Translations under genes and position numbers: made by a program
In this document: one piece after another, positions 1-17,610 of the stretch
How the letters are laid out: the number at the start of each line of letters is the position of its first letter
Position numbering within the stretch: the stretch's first letter is position 1
DNA from: the human T2T-CHM13v2.0 reference genome, Homo sapiens
Reading direction: 5' to 3' (one strand)
Length of the DNA: 64,000 nt
Assembly (NCBI RefSeq): GCF_009914755.1
Contig: NC_060934.1
The notes under the pieces: generated by a model
The model's input: only the letters and a program-made list of their open reading frames with translations
Told to the model about the DNA's origin: nothing
Databases searched by the model: none

Positions 1-3319
<3,319 letters not shown>

Positions 3320-3356
3320 TAACTTGCACATGGTAGAATCAATAAAAAAAAAAAAA

Positions 3357-3935
3357 TGAAAACGTGTCCACACAAAAAAACTTACACATTAATGTTAATA
3401 GCAGCATTGTTCATAATGGCCAACAAGTGGAAACCATTCAAATATTCATCAATGGATGAATGGATAAATTAAATGTTGTATATTCATATGGCAGAATATT
3501 ATTCAGCAGATTGATAGAGGCTACAGCATGGTTGAACCCTGAAAAAATTTGGTTAAGTTAAAGAAGAAGTCAGACACAAAAGGCCAAATAATGCATATGT
3601 CCATTTATTTGAAATGTTCGCATTACACATATGACACAGAAAAAAAAGTAGATGAGTGACTGGTAGCTTATGATTTGCTGGAGAAAAGGGACAGTGAGAG
3701 TAATTGTTGCTGGGTGCTTGTTTTCTTTTTGGGAGTAATGAAGATGTTCTAAAATTAGACTGTGGTTATGGTTGCGTAACCTTAAGCATACACTAAAAGT
3801 ATATATATTTAAATGTATATATATATATATTTGCCATTAAAAGTAATGGCAAAAACCATAATTGCTTTTGCACCAGCCCAATACTTTAAATGCGTGAGTT
3901 ATATGGTACGTGAATTGTATCTCAATAAAGCTGTT
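3357..3935 (+). mobile_element. Old L1M (L1MB-like) 3' end; host of the L1PA2 insertion
   Basis: TGAAAACGTGTCCACACAAAAA...GCAGCATTGTTCATAATGGCC...GTGAATTGTATCTCAATAAAGCTG resembles the L1MB ORF2 end and 3' UTR. Confidence 0.8.
3830..3883. mobile_element. MADE1 (mariner-derived MITE), partial
   Basis: TTTGCCATTAAAAGTAATGGCAAAAACCATAATTGCTTTTGCACCAGCCCAATA matches the MADE1 centre and one TIR; it is preceded by a (TA)n run. Confidence 0.85.
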
Positions 3936-6259
3936 TTCTTTTTAAGTTACGAAATAAAAAAATGAAGTAGAGGCAAAGTTAGCAACGTGACTAATTCCCA
4001 CAACACAATGTTGAATAAGAAAAAAAGAATGCATGTAATATGAATCCAATTATATAAAGTTTAAGTATATACCAAACAATACTACACATGCCTTAAGGAT
4101 CTACATACATATGTTATTAAGGAGGGGCCCAAGGATTTGGGAAGGAGAATATATTCCAGGAGCATCCCACAAGGTTTTCCATTGTATTCATGATATTTTG
4201 TTTCTTAAGTTCAGTTGGGGATACAAGATGTTCATTATAATATGCTTTATGTCTTTTTAATATGTTGAGCTATTTCATAAGCAAATAATAATCACCAAGA
4301 AGTACATGTATCCAGAAGGATCTGTTGAATTTTATTAAGGCTTGCTTTGCCCTGTTATTAACTTTTACTTTTATTCAGGTTTACGCTGAGTTGTAAAATG
4401 AAAGAAAAGTTATAGCTCCTGTGATTTTTGGTTGCAAACTTAACATGCCACTATGAAACAGAGAGGAAAGTAGCAAACATAATTCCACACTTGGCCCATA
4501 AAACGTCAAAGCTTGAAGCTATTGTCACTATTCCCCTGTTGAGAATGGTTACTTAAAAATTCCTGTCTGATGCAGTCTTTTCTAAAATCCAAATATTGAG
4601 TCTCAAAAAAAACCCTAATACATGGTTAGCTTGTGGACCACTAGGATCATTGTGGTCACTTCTTGCCCATTTATTTGTCCCAATCCCCTGCTCTTTATGG
4701 CCTTGAGAGTGTTGAAATATTTGTTCTGTCTTAAACTGTTGTGCAATCACTTCATCATTTCTGTTCTAACCACATTTCCACTTTTGTAGATTACCTTACA
4801 TTTCATATCTGAAATCCAAAGATAATATTGACATTTTTATGGGTACTATCATCCATTAAGCAATGTAATGAGTATGCTTTGTCTACATTAAGATAAGTCA
4901 ACATGAATCTATACATGCTGGATCTAAGACCAGATCTGCAGAATTTATAAACAACCTCCTGCATCCCTCTTCTAGGAAACCAAAATCTTGGCCAATTTGC
5001 TAACTTTTATAAATGTGTTTTATCATCAAAGTATTTTAAGTCTGTTTTTCTGCACTTTTTTCCTAATTTTCTGGCATACAGAAAGGCATCTTCAGGAAGT
5101 CAAACCTAATAAAATACATTCTATCTTGTTAAACTGAATTTGTGAGTCTATTCTATGTAGCTCTTGTCTCTTCCTTTTTGGGTCAAGTATTCAACATTTT
5201 AACTGGCCTGATAGAATTTGATCATTACAGTCTTGGTGGTTTTTATCTGGAATTTATGTTTTTAGACCGTGGACATCTTGCCTGGATAACACAGAGAGAA
5301 TATCTAGGTCTTTTTTTAGAATTACAGAAACTACAAGTGCAATGAAAGAGCTTTCTCTTTGGTTTGAAGGGCATTTGTAACCACTTACCCAGAGTTGAAC
5401 TCATAAACAGATCTGCATAACTGGGGTGGTTAAAATAATAAATGTTCACCAGAAAAATGCTTCACAATTGTTTGACCTCTGATTATTGGAAAAATCAAAC
5501 AGAAGCTACCTAGACCCTTGTTGTAGAAATGCTGTTCAAATTGCTTTATTTAATACTAGCTACCTCAAGAGCCTGATAATAGTGGTTTTTGCTCCTTCGT
5601 TTTTCTTGATCCGACTAATCCCTCAATTTCATAAAGAAACAGGAGCATATTAAAGAGATGTGCCCCATGTACAAATAATTTGTCACTGTTTCCATAATGA
5701 GAGAATCTTCTTCCAGTAAGATTAGTCAGTGAATTGTTTGCTCTTTAATAAAATATTTATGTTATCAAGTCTAAAATGCCCTCAGTATTGCAATATTTAA
5801 AGGAATTTCAAAGTGAGTAATTGCCAATGAGTGCCATGTAGGTTATTTTCCTTTAGCAATTACCTATTCTGTCAAAACTCTCGAAAGCAAGAATGTCATG
5901 CTTCTCCCTCCCCTCCTCATCTTCTTGCTTCAAATCTCTCCTCTTATTATGGGGAGTGAGGAAGGAATCCATCTTGGGCATTGGTGAATTTTCTAGTTCA
6001 TACCTTACCTGTCCTATTGCAATGGCATCCAAGGTTCTGGCCTCACCTCCAGTTCCCAGACCCTTCAAACCACCCTGCATACCCTAAACAGAATTGACTT
6101 CCAGACACACAGATCTCAGGTTGTCAGCATGAGGACTATTTAGTGCCTTCGGTTCCAGCTCCCTCAGTGACAGGCAAGGCATTTCCCCAGCCCTACCTGG
6201 CCTCTCCTTCATTCAACAACTGTACCCTTCAGCTACTCAGATCCACCAGAATGGCTTCA

Positions 6260-6555
6260 AAGAGACTTAGCAGGGTTGATTAAGGATCTGGAGATGGGGA
6301 GATTTTCTGGGATTATCCAGATGCCCTCAAGGTGATCACAGGGTTGTTGAGAGAGGCACAAGGGTCAGAGAGAGAGAGGTGGCGTGACGACAAAAGCAGA
6401 GAGTAAGTAGGAGATGTGACAATAGAAGTTCAGAGAGAGCTGAATATGCTGCTGGCTTTGAAGATAGAGAAAGGGGCCATGAGCCAAGGAAACCAGGCCT
6501 CCTCTAGAAGCAGGAAATGGCAATAAAATGGAACTTACCTTTGATTCCCCCAAAA
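6260..6555 (+). mobile_element. MaLR LTR fragment, MLT1D-like
   Basis: ATTAAGGATCTGGAGATGGGGAGATT..GGATTATCCAG and GCTGCTGGCTTTGAAGATAGAG..GGGGCCATGAGCCAAGGAA..CTCTAGAAGC motifs. Confidence 0.8.
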
Positions 6556-6899
6556 GAATTTCATCAGGAACCTTTTCTTGCTGTTAAATTGGGTTGCTAA
6601 TTGATAAACTGTTCACGGATGATCATGACTTAAATATGTCACCTTTCACAGATATAATAATAACAACAATAGCTATGTATGATGTCATAGCAACATTGCA
6701 AGGTAAGTTTTATCCCAGATTAAAAATAGTAAAGTGGAGGCTCAAAAAGGATAAGAAAATTGCCCAAGTGATAGTGTGTGTTGGAGCAAAGGTCTTAATT
6801 TTGGTTTACCTAAGTCTAGAGTGTTCACCTTTCAGCAAGCCCATGCCATCTCTGTGGCTTACTGATGCTGTGGGTGTTTATTCCAACCACCACTTACTT

Positions 6900-7150
6900 T
6901 AGCAAGCTTTTCCTAGCACCCCCAGATGGATTTCTCCACCCGCTCCATTCAGCAGCTGCTATGCCTAGTACAGTACTTCTCTTAGGCACTCCCAGTATTT
7001 TATTGCTGTAATGGCTACAATCAATTCCTTCACCTCATTCTTCAAGGCTGAGACAGCATTTATTTTTTTCTTTATATTCCCTAGCCTCTAATTCAGTACC
7101 TGCAATGCCATAAGCAGACTAAAATGTGTAATAGAAGAAAAATGAATGAA
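6900..7150 (+). mobile_element. L2 3' end relic
   Basis: Degenerate TTTATATTCCCTAGCC..CAGTACCTG..AATGAATGAA terminus. Confidence 0.55.
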
Positions 7151-7459
7151 CGATAGAACATTTTACATTTTTGCAAAGTGTCATCCAAAAGCATGACCTA
7201 TATGACATTCATTTTTTAAAGGAACCTGGAGAATCAACAATCTTTCTCTATCCCTTTCTGTAATCCAAAGTAAACTTAAAGTAAATTGAACCCAAATGGA
7301 AAATTCTACAGAACGAACACACAGGGATGCTAACATATTGCCACCAATCACTGTCATCTGTGTCGGGGACTCTGAATAACTTAGTCATAGTCCCTGTTCA
7401 ACACAAGTGTGTGATCAAAATAAACAAAACTCAGAAAAAGATTTTTTTTTACATCTGCC

Positions 7460-8000
7460 TTTTTAAAATTGAGGTATAATTTACATACAGTGAGATGCTC
7501 AGATCTTAAATGTGTTCTTCAATAAGTTTTGATGAATGCAAATCAAGACAGAATACTTCTCCAGTCCCAGAAACTCCTTCCTGCCCCTTTCCAGCCATTT
7601 CCACATCCTCTTGCAAAGTAATCACTGATTTGATTTTTATCACCATGGATTACTTGTCTACGGTAGACTTCCATTTAAATTGAATCATATAGTGTCTCCT
7701 TTTTGCATCTGGTCTCTCTCAGCAAGATATCATTGAGATTCAACTATGGTTGTGTGTATTCATAGCTCATGCTCTTTATTGCTGAGTTGGATTCGGTTTT
7801 ATAAACACAGCACAGTTTATGTTTACATTCTTCTGCTGATAGACACATCTGCGTGGTTTCCAGGCTCTGGCTTGTATGAATAAAGGTGCTATGAACATTC
7901 TTGTCCAAGGCCTTTTGAAGATATATGTCCAAGGCCTTTTGAGTTCATTTATCTTGGATATATACCTAGGAGTGGAATTGCTGGCAAATGTTGTAAACAC
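7460..8000 (-). mobile_element. Old L1M (L1ME-like) 3' fragment
   Basis: TTTTAAAATTGAGGTATAATTTACATACAGTG...GCTATGAACATTCTTGT...ATACCTAGGAGTGGAATTGCTGG. Confidence 0.8.
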
Positions 8001-8119
8001 CTATCTGCATTTTTAACAAATGAGGTATATTCCTTTAACTTTTCAAATGTTAAATAGATATATAAGTGATGATAACTGTACTGTGAAAGTTAGAACATCA
8101 TCATAGTAGATTTAGTTAC

Positions 8120-8600
8120 CACGTTTCTAGGGTCACTTTCCCTTGAAGCAGAGGCTGAGACAGGAATTCTTATGCAAGGAGTGAATTGAGGGAGTGCCCC
8201 AGCAGGAACATATTAGGCAGGAAGGGAAGCAAGTGAGGTAGGGAATAGTTAAGTAAAGAGGTGGTTTCAGATGAATTTCAGCCTTATTCTCATCCCACAG
8301 AAAGTTCTAGAGCATCTCATCTCAGGTAAGAGATACAGACCTTTGTATCTAAACATCAGTCAATCATTTGTTGAGGACAGCCCTGCTCCAGGGCTATGGG
8401 GTTTGCAAGTAGAAGTAGCCTCCCAGGTACCTCTGGGATGAGGAGGCTCCTGGAGAGTTGCGGGGGGTGGAGGTCAAGGGAAAGTCCCTGGAGAGGAGAA
8501 CAGCTGTGAGCCATTAACAGCCAGCACACAGCACTGGGTGCATGGGAGCACCCGCCTGGTAAAAGGGTCTGAGCGGCCTCCAACCACGTCCACTGTACCA
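8120..8600 (-). mobile_element. ERVL solo LTR, LTR16/LTR33-like
   Basis: GAAGCAGAGGCTGAGACAGGAATTCTTATGCAAG...GAGGGAGTG and CAGCTGTGAGCCATTAACAGCCAGCAC motifs. Confidence 0.55.
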
Positions 8601-10779
8601 GCTCAGCCACTAGGAGACATAAATTCTCTTCATATCACAATTTACCTGCATATGTCCAAGGTAGAACAATCCATGCAAAGAAATGCACTCAGACTTCATG
8701 TGGAAAGGTCCACCCTTCAGGGCTCAGATCCAGTGACTCCAGTAGACAGTTAGATATTTGCCCAGGCTTAAGATAAGACTAAAATGTGCATGACTTCTCA
8801 GTGAGTTAAAAACTCAGCAGCAGCTGCCACCATTGAACGTCTGCCTGGTGACTTTGCACCACAGAGACAACGCAAGCTGAGATCCTCCAGCACTGGCCTG
8901 ATTCCCTGTAGTGGCTTCTCACCCTGTGTCCTGGCAGGTCAGTCACTTCCGAATACAGAGATTTGCAGGCATGGTAGGCAGATGAGGAAGCACGTGACAA
9001 AAGGGAAATTTGTGTGCCTAAGAAGTCTCATTTTGTAGTAAAAGTGACCCCCTTCTCCATGACCCTGGTCTTTGGAGCAAGTGATGTCTTTCTTTAAGGA
9101 AAATTTTAATGCTAAATTGACAAAAAAAAAAGTGCAAACAAACCAGCAATGGTGGAGGGAGAAATAGGCAAGAGCCTTGGAATCTACCAGATGATCTTTT
9201 GACATAGTAGCTTTGCTTTCTGATGTGTTAATTGGAGAGCACATTAACCACTTGCCGAAAAAGAGAAGTGTCACTACAACATCAAATGCTTCCATGGCAA
9301 CTCAGTGTCAAGATGTCTTTCCATGACCCCCACAGCACTTGGCACAAACAAAGCCCCATTCCAGCTTCTTGGTCTGAACTCCACTGTTCTGAAGGGTCTT
9401 ATTCACAGCAGTACAAGGAGCTATTGTTCCACTTCTAAGAAATAAGATGGTGGTGGAAAGGAGAGCTGTTATTGCAAACTCATCATACTTTATTATTTCC
9501 ATCAAAGGAAGAGAGGAAGTCCTCAGGCAGGCTTAGCTGAAATATTACAGGGGCTAAGAGGTGAACGTGAAAAACCTTTCATTTTAAGCGTGCAGCAGCT
9601 GCTGTGTACACTCAAAATATTGTGAGGAGGAACTTGCCCAAGAACAACCATGAAATTGAGCAACATTTATTAATCTCTGGTTATTTCTCCGTGGTTGTTC
9701 AGAAGCAAGCGGCTACAAGTTAATATTTAGGATCGTTCAAGGGGAATTGCCTCATATGTTGCAATTCCTCCCTAGTTTCCCCCAAAGAATAAAAGCACAA
9801 GAAAAATCCAGGATATTCATACACTGATAGAGAACAAGTTTCAAGAACTCTTAACTCTTTAAATTTTGACCAGTCTCAAACTAATATGACATTGATTTTG
9901 GCTATAAAAGCTATTCAATCCATTTGAAAACAGGTTCAAAGAATGTTTATGTCAGTAGCTAAACCGAGGTGAAAACAGGAAGAAATACTGAAAGTTCACT
10001 ATTTCTCACATAATGCTCAGAAGAGAGAGTAAAATTGTTTGTGGATGCTGGAAAATACAGGGTAAGATGATAAGAAATGCTTCCGTTGGCTGACCCATTG
10101 AAAAACATGTTAAGGCTGACTTTTTGTTTATAGTTATTTATCAGTGATATCAGGCTTTCATATCCCTGGCCCTGAATATCCATCCAAGATGAATCACAGC
10201 ATGCAACAGAAATATTATTACATTTCTAACTCAACAGTAGCCACATGTTATGTAATTAAAGCCCAAATAGATTCTTCAGTATGTCATCGTCAGTTTACTA
10301 CCGGTAGTTAACCTATTGCAACAAAAGAAATCCATTTTGTTGTAAGTGACATTTTGAAAGAGAAATTGACTTTGAAAACAGATTTATTTAGCCTGCTAGA
10401 GCTTATCTTCAAGAACTTTGAACTCCCAAAACAAATTAGTTTAAGAATATAAACCACGGAGGATAGATGCATGTTAACATCCTCAGAGTCAAAAAACTAT
10501 AAGCCTCTTCAAAACCTGAGTGAAAGATAGGTAGGCAAAAACACAAAAACACAGTTTTGGTGGTCCTGGCACATCACAAGCTGAAGCTAGATTTTCTCAG
10601 CAACTAAAAATAATAGGCATATCAATATAATAATGGTTATAACAATATTTATCTCTCCAGAATAATGTGAGATGATGCAAGAAGAGAAATCACTACTCAG
10701 TTCAAATATTCATTGTATCGTTCCTTTACTGCAACAAGTTCAGGGCTCAAGTTTTTAAAAATGAATATAGAAATATAAA

Positions 10780-11090
10780 CACAAAGTGATATTTTTAAAA
10801 AGCTCTGTGCTGAAAGATTAATGATGGTAGAGGTGTTTTCACCTGGAAAAGTGAAGCTAGAAAAATGCCCTCCTAGACACCCTTGGATATTTGAAACAAT
10901 ATTACAAAGACACCACGTGAATTTCCTCTATATTTGCAAAGGAACAAACAAAAGAGAAAAGGTGAAAGTAGAGTTTGGGTAAAAATTATGCATATACTTT
11001 TTTCAATTTCAACAACTACGGTGGGCTAGCAAGGAAGACTGTGGGATTCTAGAGATCTTTAAAGTGGCTAGATAGAAATCAAGCTGGGTA
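10780..11090 (+). mobile_element. L3/CR1 LINE relic
   Basis: GTGTTTTCACCTGGAAAAGTGAAG...GGATATTTGAA...GGAAGACTGTGGGATTCTAGAGATCTTTAAA resembles the CR1 ORF2 3' end. Confidence 0.45.
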
Positions 11091-11931
11091 GAAAACCATT
11101 TGAACCATCTTCCTTGAGTTCTGCTAAATACAGAAAACGTAAGAGAAATTTTGTGTTTGCCGTTACGGTAGTAGCCCCAGTGTGTGGTTTAGGGGAATCT
11201 ATCTTCGTGGGCAGATCTCCCTCTTCCATTCCTTTTCATCACAAAGACAGAAATGGGAAGTTTAAAAGATTACTGAAATAGTTAAGACATTTTGCAATCG
11301 CAAAGAGGTATTCACATTTACTGTTCGAACTAAAATTATCATTGCAACTAATCAAATATAACCAAGAAAAATAACAATACCAACAAATGAAGGCAGTGTG
11401 AAGCCACTCAACACTGTAGTACTGGATTAATCATGTTGCTCTTTGAGAATTTAAAGCTTTTAATCATGTAGTGTTGCCTTCTTTGGTTAAAATTCGTGGG
11501 CACTTTACAGGTTTATTTGGGCCCCAGAGCCCCTTCATTGTTCACTAAGTACAGTGAAAACCAGTTCAGAATAAAGAAGAAAAATTAATGTTAAACTGAA
11601 TAAAGGAGCTGAAAAGGTCAAACTGTGTTCCTAGGGTCAAAGAATATGCCCACAGGTGGAAAAAAACATGGAAATCAAAATTAAATACAGAGCTATGCCG
11701 GCAAATTTGTGGAAGTAGTGAAATTGTCTGCAAATTGAGCTTCCAATGGTTCTGCATTACAAATCCATAATATGCATAAAGTATATTATGGATATATGTA
11801 AATGTATCCATAAGTAATGTATCCATAAATATATATATATAAATGTATGTGTAAGCCAGAATTTTATTTTTTTCTTGTAATCTAAACATCTTGAATTACC
11901 TATTCAATTATCTCTTCTCACGACCGTGCAG

Positions 11932-11986
11932 GGTAGGCTGCCTCAGAGACTCGTTGTCCACCCTGGACATAGAAACCTACCAGCAG
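11932..11986 (+). other. Candidate small exon (55 nt), probably non-coding
   Basis: Acceptor TCTCTTCTCACGACCGTGCAG| and donor CAG|GTATTA in unique sequence; no transcript evidence. Confidence 0.25.
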
Positions 11987-12631
11987 GTATTAAAATGTTG
12001 CTATTTCGTAAGTATCCATTTTGTAGTTGAAAATAAAGTTAACAGAGTCCTAATATAATAAAGAAAATATTCTGTTTATTTAATCCTGATTTCAGTGCAT
12101 CACAAATTAGTTTTAAAAGAAGGTTGATGCTATAATTTTACAAGTCACTTATTAATAAACACTAGGATATAGGAATGCTCCAGGAGATGGAGTTAGAAAC
12201 ACCAAATTCTGGGTATTCTTAAATGTTAAGGTCCACAAAGAACTCATTTGGTAGAAGAAGGGCATAATGTTCTAAGGAAATATTCTACAAAAACTACTCT
12301 GCAAGCCTATCCCATACAATCATCAGAAGTGGAAGGTCCAGGAACGAAGCCAAGGCCATGAAGCTTATAATAGTGTTTCACCCACCGTGCCAAGGCCCGG
12401 TGATACGAAGAGTCAGGGACTTTCTCAGCAGGCTTCATCATTCTCACCGCTTGCAAAGCAGAGAAAATCCTTCGATTGGCTCTGTTGCAGCCCTGGCTGT
12501 GTTTCCAGGTATCTTAGCTTTTCTTTCTTTCATACTTATTTACTGGGTTTCCAAATCTACTCAGCCTGAGAGTGCAAATTTCATTCTTTCCATTCATTGC
12601 TCCCCATAATTTTAACCTCTCCCTTTTCCAG

Positions 12632-12705
12632 ATGAAAAGTCTCAGTAAAAAAACAGCTACTGAATGTGCAGCATTTGTCAGATGCCACTAGTCAACTCAC
12701 TTCAG
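12632..12705 (+). other. Candidate small exon (74 nt), probably non-coding
   Basis: Strong acceptor TTTTAACCTCTCCCTTTTCCAG| and moderate donor CAG|GTCGGG. Confidence 0.2.
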
Positions 12706-13005
12706 GTCGGGGTGCTGTGTTGGCTCCGTGTCTCTCAAGAGGAAATAAGTCAGTGGGGGCAGGTTGTGGGTTGGTGCCCAGCATAGCACCAGGTGACCAC
12801 ACACGCTCCTCCACCTCCAACTTATTAATGATCTCAAGCACTTCACACCATTTCTGCCCTTAAGCTTAGTTGAAGAATCAAAGATGAGTCTCAAGTTGGT
12901 AGTGGAAGTAGCAAACAAGGAAGGAGAGAAGGCCCTGAAATCACCTATCTCAGAAACCGCCAAGATTCTCACCTAAGGAGGATGATTATGTGTTTGTAAG
13001 AAAGA

Positions 13006-13451
<446 letters not shown>

Positions 13452-14557
13452 TCAGTTGGGAATCATGATGGAGATGTGAATAATAGAAGAAAAAATGATT
13501 ATGCATCCCGGGCAATCCAAAAGGTTCCTGTTCATTTGGAAATATTTTAAGATGTCAGGGCTGAAAGGCACCATGCTCTTTGAATAAATGAATTGGTCTC
13601 CTGGCGTTGTGTCTATGGAAGCTATAGTTATTACTACTCAGACAGCTGACTTTTTGTTTTAATTATGCAACAGAAACTGGAAAAATGTTTGGGGTCAACT
13701 TTCTATTTTAGTGACTGCCCCTGTCAGTCGATGCTGTTAAAACGACCACGCGTTTGTTTTGGAAGAAATAATTTATTCAAAATATATTCCTGCATTTAGC
13801 TCTTTCCAAATAAAAGAAAGCATGTATGTGACTGTGTGAGAGTGCTCTCAGGTGTCAATACATAGAAAAGGAGATGTTTTTTAGCACAAAAGGCCACAGG
13901 AATAGCTGCCAGGCTGATCACGACTATAAATCAGTGTTGAAATATTTCCTATAACTTAAAGAGTATGTAAACTGGAGTTGCTGAATGGGTCTCCCAAATT
14001 TCAAAGAGCTCCTTTATTTTTATCTGCAGGAGCAGTATTATTCCCACTTTTGGATCTTGGAAACGTTCTCCCGTGTGTGGGCTTATGCAAATGAGATTTT
14101 GCAAAGGTGCCTCTCTGCGCACACAAATACCAGTCCCCAATCCACTGGAACACAGGGAATAAAAGCACAATTTGGAATCAGAAGAAGTCAGATAGAAATA
14201 AACCGAGCCCTTCCACTCACCAGGGACATAGTCCATGCCATTTTCCAGCCAGGATTATCCTGAGCCTCTCAGAATGGCAGTGCATTGCAGCTTTTTACCA
14301 TGCAAACAAACCCCATGATTCTTTGCACATCCTCACTACCAGCAAAATCCCTTTGACTAAATTGACTGCTCAAATTATGTGCCCCAAAGAGGCACAGATT
14401 CAAACAAGCACCCGTGCCAGCCCTGTAGTCTTCTCTACCATTAAAGAGTATGAAATGGATAAATCAGGCAAAACACCAGCCTAGAGGGAGAGACTTAGAT
14501 ATCCAGAAATTTACGATGAGCATCCCTGTAGTTAAACGAATAGCTTTCACCATTGAC

Positions 14558-14750
14558 ATTTTTAACAGTTTTATGGCAATATAATTGACATACAATAAAC
14601 TGTACATATTTAAAATGTACAATGCAGTACTTCTTATCACGTGTAATCATCCGTGAAATCATCACAATCAAGTTATCACCCCAAATTCTCCTCAGGTCCC
14701 CTTTTAATCTTCCCTCCCACTGCTCTGCGTTCCCAACCCCATCCTATGAT
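14558..14750 (-). mobile_element. Old L1M 3' end fragment
   Basis: TTTTAACAGTTTTATGGCAATATAATTGACATACAATAAACTGTACATATTTAAAATGTACAA. Confidence 0.7.
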
Positions 14751-15100
14751 TTAGGACATTGATCTGTCAAGCAGGCTGAGCAAGTTGTTCTGCCAGAATG
14801 CCCTACCTTGTGGATTTGACTGGCTGCTGCTTCATGGACCCAGTTAGCTTATTCCTCTGTCTTGCATGTTTCCATGAAAGGTACAGTTCCATGGTACGAA
14901 TTTCTGATGGATTCACGGTACGCAGTTTGGGCTAAATACAACATATATGTTTCCCATTGCATCATGTCAAAGACACTTAATATCGTATTGACCCAACTAC
15001 TTCTGTTTTTACTCTCTCTGACACTAGGTTTTATTTCTTGTTTTGTTATTCTTTGTTATTCTTTGCTTTTCATTTATTTTGTTCTTAAAGGTTACATATA

Positions 15101-15397
<297 letters not shown>

Positions 15398-15529
15398 AAA
15401 GGTTACATACAAAAAAAATCTAGTTACATGACTATGAATATTAGTTGGTTTGTCCTAAAGGGGCTTTTAACTTTACCTCTATCACAAAATATTTTTATAC
15501 CCACCTTATTCACACCTTGCTGAGGAGAG

Positions 15530-15730
15530 AGGCAGCTCAGTAGTGGTTTGGTGGCAGAAGTGGATTTGAACTGAGATTCTCAGGTTGAAAGCAGTGTGAC
15601 CCTAGCTAATTGACTGTTCTTCTCTGAACTTCCATTTCTATGCCTACAAAATAGAGATTAAAATGTCAGCCAAAACATCTGAAAGATTGGTTGTATAAAT
15701 CAAAGAGAGAATATATGTGTTGCTATTTTA
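15530..15730 (+). mobile_element. MIR
   Basis: GTGTGACCCTAGCTAA..CTTCTCTGAACTTCCATTTCTATGCCTACAAAATAGAGAT core. Confidence 0.65.
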
Positions 15731-16324
15731 TGAAGAGTAAACTCCTAGTCAAATAAAATGTTTTATTATGCTGATGTTTTCTGAGATTAGAAAGAATCCT
15801 AGAATTATACTGCACAGGTGGAAGAATTGAGACAGAGAGAGACCAGGTGACATTACAGAACTGGAGAGCAGAACGTCAGCTGCTTGGTTCCCACCTGACT
15901 GCATTGTCAGAAGCTAACTGGCATCATTTTATTCCCAAACTATTCATAACACATTCTTTCTAAAGAAGATGTGCAGATTCGGATTCTAATATGTAATTTG
16001 CCATGACTCCCTGGGAGCCAGGACCCAAATGCATAAGGGGATAAAAGCCTACAGGTCTATCATCTGCTATCACTCCTTAAATGCAATCTGCAGGCCACCC
16101 CAGCTGGATTAGTCATTTTCACAATACATCCTATGCTTTACTGACACTGCTAACGCTCCCTCTTCATGATATCTTCGTTTATATTCACAAGATATTATTC
16201 CCTGTCCCTCTGAATCCTGGAGAATTTTAATTTCTTAAAGAGCTTACACACTTTTCATAGTATTATTGCTTTTTGTGTTTGATTGCATGCTTCTTGTAGG
16301 AAGGGACTGAGTCTCTTATATGCC

Positions 16325-16625
<301 letters not shown>

Positions 16626-17310
16626 TCTTACATGCTTTAAACATAGCATATGCTCAACATATATTTGTTGAATTAAACTCAACTGATTTTCAGCCCCAAT
16701 CTGAGTTTCCAACAAGAGTCATAACACCCTTATTGATTGTCCAGCCTAGCTGCAAACATCAAACAAAACATAACACTTACCAGTTGACCAAGTTCTGTTA
16801 AAAAAAATTAACAAAATGAAAATAAGGTTATTCGTACTTAGACTTTTTTGAGATTTTATTTTTAGACCAGTTTTAGATTCACAAGAAAATGGACAAAAAG
16901 GTACAAAGAATTCTCATAGATCCCTGCCCCCTGCCCCCACATTTGCATAGCCTCCCACATTATCAGCATCCCCAACCAGAGTGGGGCATTTATTACATTC
17001 AGTGAACCTAGATTGACACATCATTATCAACCAGAGTTTGTAGTTTACATAAGGGCTCACTCTTGGTATTGCACATTCTATGGATTTGGACACATGTATA
17101 ATGACATGTATTCATCATTATAATATGAGTGGTTTCACTGCCCTAAAAATCTGTGATCTGCCTATTCATCTGTCCCTCCCCTCTAACCCTTGACAACCAC
17201 ACTAATCTTTTTACTGTCTCCATAGTTTTGCCTTTTGCAGAATGTCATAGTTGAAATCACAGTCTGTAGCCTTTTCAAATTGGCTCCTTTCACTTAGAAT
17301 TATATACTTA

Positions 17311-17610
17311 TACCAAGTGCAATGGCTCATGCCTGTAACCTCAACACTTTCAGAGGCTGAGCAGGTGGATCACTTGAGCCCAGAGTTTGAGACCAGCCTA
17401 GGCAACATGGCAAAACCCCATCTCTACAAAAAATAAAAACATTAGCCAGGCACGGTGGCATGTACCTGCAGGCCCAGTCACTTGCGGGGTGAGGTGGGAG
17501 GATTACCTAAGCCTGGGAGATTGAGGCTGAAATGAGCTGTGATTGCACCACTGCACTCCAACCTGGGTGATACTGTGAGATCCTGTCTCAAAAAAAAAAA
17601 AAAAAAGAGA
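17311..17610 (+). mobile_element. AluJ (Jb-like)
   Basis: CACTTGAGCCCAGAGTTTGAGACCAGCCTAGGCAACATGG and GAGGTGGGAGGAT; A tail. Confidence 0.92.

Noticed and set aside
6010-6083. Minus-strand exon with donor CAG|GTAAGG
   Set aside because: The sequence resembles an L2 relic and has no supporting partner exons.
13985-14484. Overlapping 92-aa and 125-aa ORFs, with a possible exon at ~14030-14106
   Set aside because: No recognisable protein similarity and a weak donor (AAG|GTGCCT).
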